A stretch of DNA of 64,000 nt, taken from contig MIBE01000005.1 in NCBI GenBank assembly GCA_001829415.1, positions 9,470 through 73,469 of the forward strand, read 5' to 3'. Below are positions 1-7,955 of the stretch, one piece after another. The notes beneath the pieces were generated by a model, which did no database searches, had not been told where the DNA came from, and was given only the letters and a program-made list of their open reading frames with translations. Every line of letters begins with the position of its first letter. The first letter of the stretch is position 1. A program made the translations under genes and the position numbers. Source of the DNA: Spirochaetes bacterium GWF1_51_8. Lineage in GTDB: Bacteria > Spirochaetota > Brevinematia > Brevinematales > GWF1-51-8.

Positions 1-885
1 TTGATCGTGCACCTCGCCGAGGCCTCGATGCTCGAAATGGCGGCGCGCGACATCCCCCCGCAGGCATACCGCTTATTCGAATGCTTCGCGCCGGGGCCGT
101 TATCGATAGTCCTTCCTAAACGCCTGGAAATCCCGGATACCGTCACGGGCGGACTCGATACGGTCGCGGTCCGGATACCCGCCCACCCCATGGCGCGGGA
201 ACTGATCGCGCTCGCCGGTGTGCCGGTCGCCGCGCCCTCGGCGAACCGTTCGGGCAGGCCGAGCCCCACCGGTTTCGCGGCGGCGTGCGCGGAGATGGAC
301 GGCTTGGCGGACTGCATTCTCGACGGAGGCGATTGCGAGATCGGGATCGAGTCGACTGTCGCCGCGCTCGATAACGGGCGGATTGTGATTCTCCGCCCCG
401 GCGCGGTCACCGCCGAAATGATTAAAAACCGCCTGCATATCGAAGTCGCCGGCGCGCCCGACAGTCCCGATGCGCCCCGTTCGCCGGGCACAAAGTACGC
501 CCATTACAAGCCCGACGCCGAGGTGATTGTCGCGCCGCGTATGAACGACGGCCTGCTGTTCGGGTGGATGGAACGCCTCGCCGGGAAGACCCTCGGCATC
601 CTCCGTCTCTTTCCCGAGGTGATGACCGACGACAGCACCGCGATCCGCGCGCGGCTCGAGAAACTTTCGGCGCATGAGGCCTCGACCGGATGCCGTGTGA
701 TCGAACGCGCGTTCTACTCGTTCGAGGAATACGCCCGCGAGCTATACCGCTCGTTCGCGGAGCTGGACGGGATGGGCGCGGACAGAATTGTCGCGGAGGC
801 GGTCGAGACGAACGGCCTCGGCCGGGCGATCATGGACAGATTGGGCAAGGCGAGCGGCGGGAAAATAATAGAGAGAATTTTTTAG
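1..885 (+). CDS. tsaC: L-threonylcarbamoyladenylate synthase, Sua5/TsaC type (5' end outside window)
   Basis: Motifs PLSIVLPK, VAVRIPAHP and APSANRSGRPSPT, plus a C-terminal Sua5-type extension. The frame is GC-rich. The last ~9 codons (GGKIIERIF) switch abruptly to AT-rich sequence. Confidence 0.85.
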   Translation: MIVHLAEASMLEMAARDIPPQAYRLFECFAPGPLSIVLPKRLEIPDTVTGGLDTVAVRIPAHPMARELIALAGVPVAAPSANRSGRPSPTGFAAACAEMDGLADCILDGGDCEIGIESTVAALDNGRIVILRPGAVTAEMIKNRLHIEVAGAPDSPDAPRSPGTKYAHYKPDAEVIVAPRMNDGLLFGWMERLAGKTLGILRLFPEVMTDDSTAIRARLEKLSAHEASTGCRVIERAFYSFEEYARELYRSFAELDGMGADRIVAEAVETNGLGRAIMDRLGKASGGKIIERIF

Positions 886-886
886 G

Positions 887-1771
887 ATGCACAATAAAAA
901 GCAACATTTTCTACCAAAGTTTTATCTTAAGGGATTTACTTCAAAACATTTCTTTAAAGGAAACGAATCAGAATGTTTCTGGGTTTATGATAAAGTAAAC
1001 AAAGGGATTACCAAAGGTTCTCCAGAAAAGGATTTTACCGCTTCATACTATTATTCATATATAAAACCCGATGGTTCATATGATCATGATTTAGAAAAAC
1101 AGCTAAGCAAAGTTGAATATAATGCATCTAAGGCTATAAAAAATATCATTAGAATTATTCATAAAAAAATTAAAAACGAATCAATATCCGAAATAATTTC
1201 TGAAGAAGATTTGGATGCAATTATAGAATTTACTGTCTGGCAAATAAAAAGAGTTCCTAGTATCGTGGATTTAATAAATTCAAAAATAGATGAGTTTAAA
1301 AATAATCTGGTTGATGAATACTCCTTTCTATATGGTGTTGATGCGAGTAATGAAATGGTTAACAAAGTACTGCATCCAGATTCTATTAATAAAAAGAAAC
1401 TAGATTTGATAAAAGAATTGGGAAATGATGACATGATTAATTTCTTCTCAGCGATAAAAAGAAAAAATATTAGGATATTTTATATTTCAAAAAATGAATT
1501 TTCTTTTATTACCTCAGATAATCCGGTTATTAGAATAAATAATAATGAACCAAATGGATTAAATATTGCATCAACAAGAATTTTCTTTCCATTACATAAA
1601 AAATTATTAATATTGTTCTATGAACACGGGAAAAGCATAGATTTTTATAAAGTTGCCAATTATCAAGAATTACTTTATATAAATAAAAGTATCTCTCTAT
1701 TTTGTCATCAGAAATTAATTTCTAGGGATAAAGAAATGCTTGAAACAATAAGAGAAGAATTATATCGTTAA
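887..1771 (+). CDS. DUF4238-family protein (AT-rich island gene)
   Basis: The N-terminal HFLPKFYLKGF matches the H-x-x-P-x-F-Y-L-x-x-F signature I associate with DUF4238. A spot count gives ~28% GC against ~68% in the adjacent sua5. The ATG lies 1 nt after the sua5 stop. Confidence 0.65.
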   Translation: MHNKKQHFLPKFYLKGFTSKHFFKGNESECFWVYDKVNKGITKGSPEKDFTASYYYSYIKPDGSYDHDLEKQLSKVEYNASKAIKNIIRIIHKKIKNESISEIISEEDLDAIIEFTVWQIKRVPSIVDLINSKIDEFKNNLVDEYSFLYGVDASNEMVNKVLHPDSINKKKLDLIKELGNDDMINFFSAIKRKNIRIFYISKNEFSFITSDNPVIRINNNEPNGLNIASTRIFFPLHKKLLILFYEHGKSIDFYKVANYQELLYINKSISLFCHQKLISRDKEMLETIREELYR

Positions 1772-1831
1772 GATCACAATAATTCTCTTAAAATAGACAT
1801 GTTAATATTAAACAGAAATGGAAACCATCCG

Positions 1832-1978
1832 CCCTTCGGCATCCCTCGTTCCGCACACCGCCGACACTTCAGGAAAGGAAATCCGTTTCACACGGAGGAC
1901 ACAGAGGTCATACAACAGTCTCTCTTTGAAGAGAGTCTTTTATCCTTCTCTCCGCGTGCTCTGCGTGAAATTCTTCCT
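1832..1978. repeat. Intergenic repeat modules Y1 (1832-1888) and Z1 (1891-1978)
   Basis: Y is cccttcggcatccctcgttccgcacaccgccgaca... Z is cacggaggacacagaggtcatacaacagtctctctttgaagagagtctttt...ctgcgtgaaa and contains the hairpin agactctct/agagagtct. Z recurs at 2712-2799, and in diverged form at 43134-43210. Confidence 0.85.
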
Positions 1979-2015
1979 TTCATGCCGCGTACTTAACATA
2001 TGCGCTTTTTGTTCG

Positions 2016-2072
2016 CCCTTCGGCATCCCTCGTTCCGCACACCGCCGACACTTCAGAAAAGAAAATCCGTTT
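2016..2072. repeat. Repeat module Y2
   Basis: Near-identical second copy of cccttcggcatccctcgttccgcacaccgccgacacttcag.aaa.gaaa.tccgttt. Confidence 0.85.
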
Positions 2073-2149
2073 ATTCCGTCACCTTAAGCAATTAAGTCAT
2101 TTACCCGTCCTTCGTCAGACTCACAGTGATGCGCTTCACTCCCGTTTAT

Positions 2150-2178
2150 TTGCCTTTCCTGCCGGGATTAAGTAGAAT
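2150..2178 (+). promoter_or_regulatory. Putative sigma70-type promoter of hicBA-1 (TTGCCT-N17-TAGAAT)
   Basis: Hexamers with a 17-nt spacer, ending 29 nt upstream of the hicB start. Confidence 0.35.
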
Positions 2179-2206
2179 ATAACATCCATGTTAACGGGAG
2201 TAGCAG

Positions 2207-2419
2207 ATGAAAAAGCAGAAGTTTACCGCCATCATCCATCAGGAAGGGAAACTATTTGTCGCGGAATGCTCTGAAGTCGGAACCGTCAGTCAGGGTGAGA
2301 CCGAGGATGAAGCGTTGAAAAACCTGATCGAAGCGACGGAATTGTATCTCGAAGATTTCCCCATGCCTGTCATAATGAAAACTATCATAAAAACTTTCGA
2401 TATGGTTTCACATGCCTAA
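2207..2419 (+). CDS. hicB: HicB-like antitoxin (short form, no DNA-binding tail)
   Basis: 70 aa with FTAIIHQEG..FVAECSEVGTVSQGETEDEALKNLIEATELYLE, the typical HicB/UPF0150 fold signature. It overlaps the downstream hicA by 8 nt. Confidence 0.8.
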   Translation: MKKQKFTAIIHQEGKLFVAECSEVGTVSQGETEDEALKNLIEATELYLEDFPMPVIMKTIIKTFDMVSHA

Positions 2420-2639
2420 AGTCCCGCAATTATCCGGTGAAGAAATCATCCGTATCCTAGAAAAACTCGGATTTGTAAAACTGCGACAAAAGGGAAGCCA
2501 TGTTTCTTTGAAAAAACAGACTCCCTCCGGCGCTGTGGGATGTGTCGTTCCAAACCATAAGGAAGTCGCCGCAGGGACACTGAGAGGAATTCTTAAACAA
2601 GCGGGAATTACACTCGACGAATTTATCAAGCATATCTGA
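2412..2639 (+). CDS. hicA: HicA mRNA-interferase toxin
   Basis: LSGEEIIRILEKLGFVKLRQKGSHVSLKK is the YcfA/HicA signature (G-F-x-x-x-R-x-x-GSH). Confidence 0.85.
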   Translation: MPKVPQLSGEEIIRILEKLGFVKLRQKGSHVSLKKQTPSGAVGCVVPNHKEVAAGTLRGILKQAGITLDEFIKHI

Positions 2640-2653
2640 ACCCTCTGTAACCC

Positions 2654-2799
2654 ACTTCGGCATCCCTCGTTCCGCACACCGCCGACAACGCAAAGAACTA
2701 ACTACAATTCGCACGGAGGACATAGAGGTCATACAACAGTCTCTCTTTGAAGAGAGTCTTTTATCCTTCTCTCCGCGTGCTCTGCGTGAAATCCTTCCT
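2654..2799. repeat. Repeat modules Y3 (2654-~2700) and Z2 (2712-2799)
   Basis: Z2 differs from Z1 at only a few positions over ~88 bp. It is in direct orientation, so hicBA-1 is bracketed by Z1 and Z2. Confidence 0.85.
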
Positions 2800-2938
2800 G
2801 CCATACCGCACATTTAAACATGTTCGACATTTACCCTCACTTCGGCATCCCGTTCGCAATGCTCGCGGGACAAGCGCTCAGTGTGACGAGATGTGATTCG
2901 GGCATCGCAAAAGAACAAAAAATCAAACGAATCCCGCG

Positions 2939-2967
2939 TTGACAAAAACCCCGCGTAATGCTAACAT
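2939..2967 (+). promoter_or_regulatory. Putative promoter TTGACA-N17-TAACAT
   Basis: Consensus -35 hexamer with a 17-nt spacer, ~47 nt upstream of the small membrane protein gene. Confidence 0.45.
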
Positions 2968-3013
2968 GAATTAGCCTGAATGCTTAAGGCGTTCGGAAAT
3001 ACAGGAGGTTTCA

Positions 3014-3214
3014 ATGAAAATTATCTCCGGCATCTTCACCACATTGGGTGGTCTCGGGGCGTTGTCGCTGATTTATCCGCTCTTCGGGTATAAAATCGTC
3101 GGAATGCCCGACGAATTTATCTATTCCGTCCTGCACTTTATAATCGCCGGTGTTCTGATCGTATTGGGCGTCGTGTTCCTGGTCCTTCGCGGGAAAAGCG
3201 CGACCGGTAAGTAA
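3014..3214 (+). CDS. Small two-TM membrane protein (paralogue of 6089-6307)
   Basis: 66 aa with two hydrophobic helices and an aggagg RBS. It shares P-D-x-[FW]-x-Y-x-x-x-HFIIAG-x-L...LG...GK with the 72-aa protein at 6089-6307. Confidence 0.7.
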   Translation: MKIISGIFTTLGGLGALSLIYPLFGYKIVGMPDEFIYSVLHFIIAGVLIVLGVVFLVLRGKSATGK

Positions 3215-3233
3215 CCGGAACCGAGTACGGGTG

Positions 3234-3280
3234 ATCCGGCGGCTTCCTGTTTTTTGCAGGCGGGCGCCGGATATTTTTTG
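3234..3280 (+). terminator. Putative intrinsic terminator or attenuator
   Basis: Stem atccggcg...cgccggat with inner pairing cctg/cagg, followed by tattttttg. Confidence 0.45.
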
Positions 3281-3285
3281 CGCGG

Positions 3286-3314
3286 TTGACTCTTGGGGGA
3301 ATGGATGATAAACT
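3286..3314 (+). promoter_or_regulatory. Putative promoter TTGACT-N17-TAAACT
   Basis: Hexamers with a 17-nt spacer, 18 nt upstream of the ggagg RBS and the ATG at 3332. Confidence 0.4.
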
Positions 3315-3331
3315 TACCTGCGGAGGCGTCC

Positions 3332-4276
3332 ATGAATAGAATCGCCCTGTTTTTATTATTCGTCTGCTCGCAAGCCTATTCCGCGGTACACACCATCACG
3401 GAACTCAACCTCAAGATCGATATCCCGTCAGGGTGGTCTGTTAAAACCACGCCGTACACCCTCGATGCCGTCGATCCGTCGGGCGCGCACCATATCGAGA
3501 TCAACCTCGACTTCGTCCCGAACCCGAATACATTCAGCGAGAAGGACAAGCTGAAGGAACTGGAGAAATTCTGTCTGGCGTACGCGGGCACGAATATCGG
3601 GATCGTCGACTCAGGGCGCGTGACGTTCATGGGGCTCCCGGCGCTTTTCGCGGGGTACCGTTACACCGCCCCCGACGGCAAGCTCCATTGCGCGGTCACG
3701 TATGTGTTCGACAACAAGGCGGGCAAGGCGCAGATCACTATCGACAGTACGCGGGAATCGCTTGTCATGGCGGGATATGCTATCGAGGATATCGTGAAAA
3801 CCCTCGCCCCGGCGGCCGGGCCCGCGGGGTATCACCCGAAAACGCAGGATATGTATTTCTACACCGCCAACCTGAAAGTGACATTCCCCTACGACTGGAA
3901 ACCCGCGCTCACGGGCAATACCATCTCCGGCGAGACGAAAAGCGGGGTGAAATGGGCGCTCGAGATTTTCCCGGAGAGCGTGTTCGAGATGAAATCCCAG
4001 TTCGAGATTACGGCGTTATTGAAGAAGCACGCGACAGCGCGTTACGGTAAACTCCTGCAATTCTTCGGCGAGAGCGCGATCGGCGGGAAAGGGATGACGG
4101 TTGCGGCGCTGCATTTCAGCTTGGCCGATTCAAAAAAAATTTGGATGTACTATCTTGTCGATACCGGACTCGGGACTTTCCTTTTTTCAACCCAAGCGGA
4201 GGGAACGGGATTTACCATGTCGTCCAAAGACATCGAGTCGTTTATGAAGAGTTTCAAGAAACTGACGGATTGGTGA
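3332..4276 (+). CDS. Secreted hypothetical protein
   Basis: Start chosen at MNRIALFLLFVCSQAYSA (signal peptide) after a ggagg RBS. GC-rich coding frame. No family recognised. Confidence 0.7.
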   Translation: MNRIALFLLFVCSQAYSAVHTITELNLKIDIPSGWSVKTTPYTLDAVDPSGAHHIEINLDFVPNPNTFSEKDKLKELEKFCLAYAGTNIGIVDSGRVTFMGLPALFAGYRYTAPDGKLHCAVTYVFDNKAGKAQITIDSTRESLVMAGYAIEDIVKTLAPAAGPAGYHPKTQDMYFYTANLKVTFPYDWKPALTGNTISGETKSGVKWALEIFPESVFEMKSQFEITALLKKHATARYGKLLQFFGESAIGGKGMTVAALHFSLADSKKIWMYYLVDTGLGTFLFSTQAEGTGFTMSSKDIESFMKSFKKLTDW

Positions 4277-5125
4277 TTATTTCCATACGCCCTCATGGAC
4301 GAGATAGAGGGGGTAACCTGCCTTCTCCATTTTCGCCAGACATTCGATCCACACACCCCACGCCGTTCCCGGCTGAACGATCTTATTCGTACCGTATGCC
4401 GAGAAATAGAGCTTTTGAGTTTCGTCCGGCGTCTTCCCCGCCCATTCCGGAATGGCCTTCACTGAGTATTTCAGACAGATTTCCATATCCGCCGGAAGCG
4501 ATACGAACGAAGCATCGAGTTTAACAGGATAGTACCATAACGCAAGCCGGGCGAATTTTTCGGCATATTTTTGAAACTCTTCCATAGTATGGCCGTTCTG
4601 CCCGATCATCTTCTTCATCATGAGAAGCGGGAACGGCAAAGAGATGTCGCCGGTAAACTTCGAGAAATCGGACGACCCGCCCGTATGCGCCTTCAGCCAT
4701 GACGAGTAGTCCTTGCTGAGTACGGTCACGCCCGCGACATTGACAATATCCGCGCCGTAGGTATTGGAAAAGCAATTGTAGAACAGGATACGGAATCCGC
4801 CCTGCCAATGGTTGGCGGGGTTCGGCTGAAACTCCTCATACTCGTCATACGGCCCCATGAGCGAACGGTAATATGCGGCGACCGCTTCCAGACTGTCGGC
4901 GGTCAGGCGCATCTGCGATGTCAGCTTCTTGGTTCCGTCGTTGTCCGCGGATTGCCCCGACGGGAGACTCCCGAACGGCACCGATTTAGGGTAGTATGAA
5001 TGAACCGGATGGGAGTAGATGAACGTCGTCTCGATCTCCGAGAGTGCTGTCACCCGCGATGAAGCGGATAACATCAAAGCGATAATATATACGAAGCAAA
5101 GGAACCGCATCCGTTCTCCTTTCAT
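4277..5125 (-). CDS. Secreted hypothetical protein, tandem paralogue A
   Basis: Signal peptide MRFLCFVYIIALMLSASS. Shares DSLE-x-V-x-AYY-x-x-LM, [LM]PFPL[LM]MM, GHT and the C-terminal VHEG..WK with 5183-6004. Confidence 0.75.
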   Translation of the reverse strand: MKGERMRFLCFVYIIALMLSASSRVTALSEIETTFIYSHPVHSYYPKSVPFGSLPSGQSADNDGTKKLTSQMRLTADSLEAVAAYYRSLMGPYDEYEEFQPNPANHWQGGFRILFYNCFSNTYGADIVNVAGVTVLSKDYSSWLKAHTGGSSDFSKFTGDISLPFPLLMMKKMIGQNGHTMEEFQKYAEKFARLALWYYPVKLDASFVSLPADMEICLKYSVKAIPEWAGKTPDETQKLYFSAYGTNKIVQPGTAWGVWIECLAKMEKAGYPLYLVHEGVWK

Positions 5126-5182
5126 TTATCGATTACCCCGCTGAGTGTCCGAAACAGGAAAGTTATGATCTATCCGAACCTG

Positions 5183-6004
5183 CTACTTCCAGAAGGCCGA
5201 GCCCTCATGAACAATCTTCACCGGGTAAGCAAGCTTGTCCAGTTCGATGAGAGAATCCAGCCAGATCGCCCAACTGTCTTTCTGGTAGAGTTTCGAGACC
5301 GAGGCCATTCCCTCTTTCTGAAGCCACTGATCGAACTGTTTGGGAGTCATCTTCTTATCTACCCCGGCGGCCTTCTGGTATGCGTGCATAATCGTCTTGT
5401 CGTAATCGTCAGCCAACTCGTCTTCCATATCCTTCTGGTAGGAACGGTAGAACATCGAGCTGAGTTTCATATATTTCTTCTTCGCATCGTCGAGGTCTTT
5501 TTGCGTATGCCCGAACATGAGTCCGGTTGTGGACATCATCATGAGAGGAAACGGCATCAGCGAGTATTCCATCGCGGACGTATCGCCGCCGGTATATTTC
5601 GCGAGGTCTTTCATCTTCGTATCGTTATCGTTCATAAAAATCGTCACCTTCGCGGCTTCGTTTCCCTCACCGTCCTTGAAAATGATTTCCCAGCCCTTCT
5701 TATATTCGTTCTCCTGACCGGGGACGATCTCATTGATCACGTCAGTTCCCGTCATCAGCTTTTTATAATATGCGGTCACGGTCTCGAGACTATCCTTAGA
5801 AAGCTTGGTCAGGCGGTAATCGGTTTCGCTGACATTGCCGGGATTTTCTCCCTCGATGTATGACTTCAGGATATCGAGGCCGGTCACGGTGATCATCGGT
5901 ACGGTTTTGTCGTACATCTTCATCGCGCCTTTCGGGGCGGCATTCAGCATTAACGGAATCCCAGAAAGTAATATAAGCGTAAGCATCGAATAGACTCTTT
6001 TCAT
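5183..6004 (-). CDS. Secreted hypothetical protein, tandem paralogue B
   Basis: Signal peptide MLTLILLSGIPLMLNA. Same motif series as 4277-5125. Confidence 0.75.
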   Translation of the reverse strand: MKRVYSMLTLILLSGIPLMLNAAPKGAMKMYDKTVPMITVTGLDILKSYIEGENPGNVSETDYRLTKLSKDSLETVTAYYKKLMTGTDVINEIVPGQENEYKKGWEIIFKDGEGNEAAKVTIFMNDNDTKMKDLAKYTGGDTSAMEYSLMPFPLMMMSTTGLMFGHTQKDLDDAKKKYMKLSSMFYRSYQKDMEDELADDYDKTIMHAYQKAAGVDKKMTPKQFDQWLQKEGMASVSKLYQKDSWAIWLDSLIELDKLAYPVKIVHEGSAFWK

Positions 6005-6088
6005 ATTAAACCTCCACCAAATATAGATAAATTTACTTTATTCGCGGGAATTATCAACCTAACCGGCGAACATAATTCTTCCGCCGAT

Positions 6089-6307
6089 TTACTTTTGAGT
6101 TTCTTTGCCCTTGATAGCGAAAAGAATGATTGTACAAATCGCTCCCAATCCGCTGAGACTTCCCGCGATAATAAAATGTTCGGGGGTATAAGTCCATTTA
6201 TCCGGGAATAAAACGAGCTGACGTTCGAGCAGAGGCAGAAGCAATGTCAACCCGGAGAAAAGTCCTAAAATTCCGATAATTCCCCAGACAGCCTTCATTC
6301 CAGACAT
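6089..6307 (-). CDS. Small two-TM membrane protein (paralogue of 3014-3214)
   Basis: 72 aa with two hydrophobic helices. Carries the HFIIAG motif shared with 3014-3214. Confidence 0.7.
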   Translation of the reverse strand: MSGMKAVWGIIGILGLFSGLTLLLPLLERQLVLFPDKWTYTPEHFIIAGSLSGLGAICTIILFAIKGKETQK

Positions 6308-6361
6308 CCTTATTGTAATATTTGCATTACTCCGGGAATAATCTCTTTCAAACAGAGCATC

Positions 6362-6390
6362 ATTTTACTGTCCGGGGCAGATATTGTCAA
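6362..6390 (-). promoter_or_regulatory. Putative promoter TTGACA-N17-TAAAAT (minus strand)
   Basis: The reverse complement reads cTTGACAatatctgccccggacagTAAAATg, ~55 nt upstream of the 6307 start. Confidence 0.45.
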
Positions 6391-6411
6391 GAGGAGCCGT
6401 GGAGAAAGGTA

Positions 6412-6446
6412 TAAATTTGCCCCGTCCGCCGATTCCGGTTATAATA
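6412..6446 (+). repeat. 35-bp direct repeat copy 1, carrying a promoter (TTGCCC-N17-TATAAT)
   Basis: taaatttgccccgtccgccgattccggttataata is identical to 6990-7024. It lies upstream of hicB-2. Confidence 0.9.
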
Positions 6447-6472
6447 GGATTACCTCAAAATGAGGAGAGAAT

Positions 6473-6754
6473 ATGGAAAATGTATTGACTTTTACCGCGG
6501 TAATCCTTCGGGAAGAAGAAGTTTACTCGGCATTATGTATCGATACCGATATCGCTTCCGACGGTGTTACCGCCGAGGAAGCGAAAAATAACCTACTGGA
6601 AGCAGTCGACCTTTATATCGAGTCCGCGCTTGAAAACAACCTGCCGATCATCCGCCCCGTACCCGCAAGCGATAACCCGGTATTATCGAACGACCCCCGG
6701 ATCGTTTCGGTGTTTAAACTCCATGTAAATCTTCAGGTTCGAACTTATGCCTGA
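6473..6754 (+). CDS. hicB: HicB-like antitoxin
   Basis: 93 aa with FTAVILREEEVYSALCIDTDIASDGVTAEEAKNNLLEAVDLYIE (HicB/UPF0150-like). 8-nt overlap with hicA. Confidence 0.75.
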   Translation: MENVLTFTAVILREEEVYSALCIDTDIASDGVTAEEAKNNLLEAVDLYIESALENNLPIIRPVPASDNPVLSNDPRIVSVFKLHVNLQVRTYA

Positions 6755-6968
6755 GTATCCTCTTTTGAAGGCTAGAGAAATAATAAAAGTCTTGGAAAAA
6801 ATCGGATTTTCTATTGTTCGATCAAAAGGAAGTCATCAACAAATGAAAAAAGGAAACCTGTTAGTCACCGTTCCGGTTCATAACAGGGATATCCCATTAA
6901 GCATATTAAAATCGATCATTCGCCAGTCCGGTTTGTCGGCTGAAGAATTTATCGAATTGTTGAAGTAG
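6747..6968 (+). CDS. hicA: HicA mRNA-interferase toxin
   Basis: [27 protein letters not shown] matches the HicA signature. Confidence 0.85.
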   Translation: MPEYPLLKAREIIKVLEKIGFSIVRSKGSHQQMKKGNLLVTVPVHNRDIPLSILKSIIRQSGLSAEEFIELLK

Positions 6969-6989
6969 TTTATCCGCTCCTCCTTATTC

Positions 6990-7024
6990 TAAATTTGCCC
7001 CGTCCGCCGATTCCGGTTATAATA
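6990..7024 (+). repeat. 35-bp direct repeat copy 2, the putative glyQ promoter
   Basis: Perfect copy of 6412-6446. The -10 TATAAT sits at 7018-7023, 28 nt before the glyQ ATG. Confidence 0.9.
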
Positions 7025-7050
7025 TCACACCGTTTATCGAGGAGCGAAAA

Positions 7051-7935
7051 ATGAACTTCCAGGAAGTCATCTTCAGGCTGAAAGAGTTTTGGGCGAAGCA
7101 AGGCTGTCTGATCCGTGAGCCGTACGACCTCGAAAAGGGCGCGGGCACGTTCAATCCCGACACATTCCTGCGGGCGCTCGGCCCCGAACCATGGAACGTC
7201 GCCTATGTCGAGCCGTGCAGACGTCCCGCCGACGGGCGTTATGGCGAAAACCCCAACCGCTTAGGCTACTACTTCCAGTTCCAAGTCATTATGAAACCCT
7301 CGCCCGACAACATACAGGACCTTTACCTTCAAAGTCTCCAATACCTCGGCCTCAATCTTCAGGAGCACGATATCCGTTTCGTCCATGACGATTGGGAAAG
7401 TCCGACCTTGGGCGCGTGGGGGCTCGGGTGGGAAGTGTGGCTGAACGGGATGGAGATCACGCAGTTCACTTACTTCCAGCAATGCGGCGGTATCGACCTC
7501 GTGTCCATTCCCGCCGAGATCACCTACGGCACCGAACGGATCGCGATGTACCTTCAAAACAAGAAGACAATCTTCGATATCCAGTGGAACGACGAGTTCA
7601 CCTACGGCGACCTGCACCACCAGCTCGAGTACGAGTTCTCGAAATACAACTTCGAGATCGCGGATATCGCGCTCAATAACCGTTGGTTCGACGAGTACGA
7701 GGGCGAATGCTTCCGCGCGCTTGAGATGGGCGCGGTGCTGCCGGCGTTCGACTTCACGATGAAGTGCTCGCACACGTTCAATACGCTGGACGCCCGCGGG
7801 GCGATCTCGGTCACCCAACGCGAGTCTTACATCCTGCGCGTGCGGAAAATGGCGGCGGCGGTCGCGGCGGCGTTCCTGAAGAAGCGCGAAGAACTCGGTT
7901 TCCCGCTCCTTAAACGGCAAAGTAAGAGCGCGTAA
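7051..7935 (+). CDS. glyQ: Glycine--tRNA ligase alpha subunit
   Basis: [19 protein letters not shown]...[18 protein letters not shown]...[15 protein letters not shown] is highly characteristic of GlyQ. Confidence 0.95.
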   Translation: MNFQEVIFRLKEFWAKQGCLIREPYDLEKGAGTFNPDTFLRALGPEPWNVAYVEPCRRPADGRYGENPNRLGYYFQFQVIMKPSPDNIQDLYLQSLQYLGLNLQEHDIRFVHDDWESPTLGAWGLGWEVWLNGMEITQFTYFQQCGGIDLVSIPAEITYGTERIAMYLQNKKTIFDIQWNDEFTYGDLHHQLEYEFSKYNFEIADIALNNRWFDEYEGECFRALEMGAVLPAFDFTMKCSHTFNTLDARGAISVTQRESYILRVRKMAAAVAAAFLKKREELGFPLLKRQSKSA

Positions 7936-7955
7936 AGCAACGAGGTAGGTATAAT

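Noticed and set aside
1799-2087. ORF-track entries inside the repeat tracts: 1799-1996, 1818-2087, 2408-2813(-), 13869-14057(-), 14138-14449, 22436-22816(-), 22881-23257 and 23187-23557(-).
   Set aside because: They are made of the Y/Z/X/B repeat modules. Similar pseudo-peptides, such as ...ARHTFFASFFPM.KERR..., recur only because the DNA repeat recurs. They have no RBS and inconsistent frames between copies.
2191-2210. A shared leader, taacgggagtag(c/a)cagATGa, immediately upstream of hicB-1 (2191-2210) and leuD (10619-10642).
   Set aside because: Only about 12-13 contiguous identical nucleotides are shared, and they include the RBS (gggag). This is plausibly a favoured RBS context or chance, and there is no further flanking similarity.
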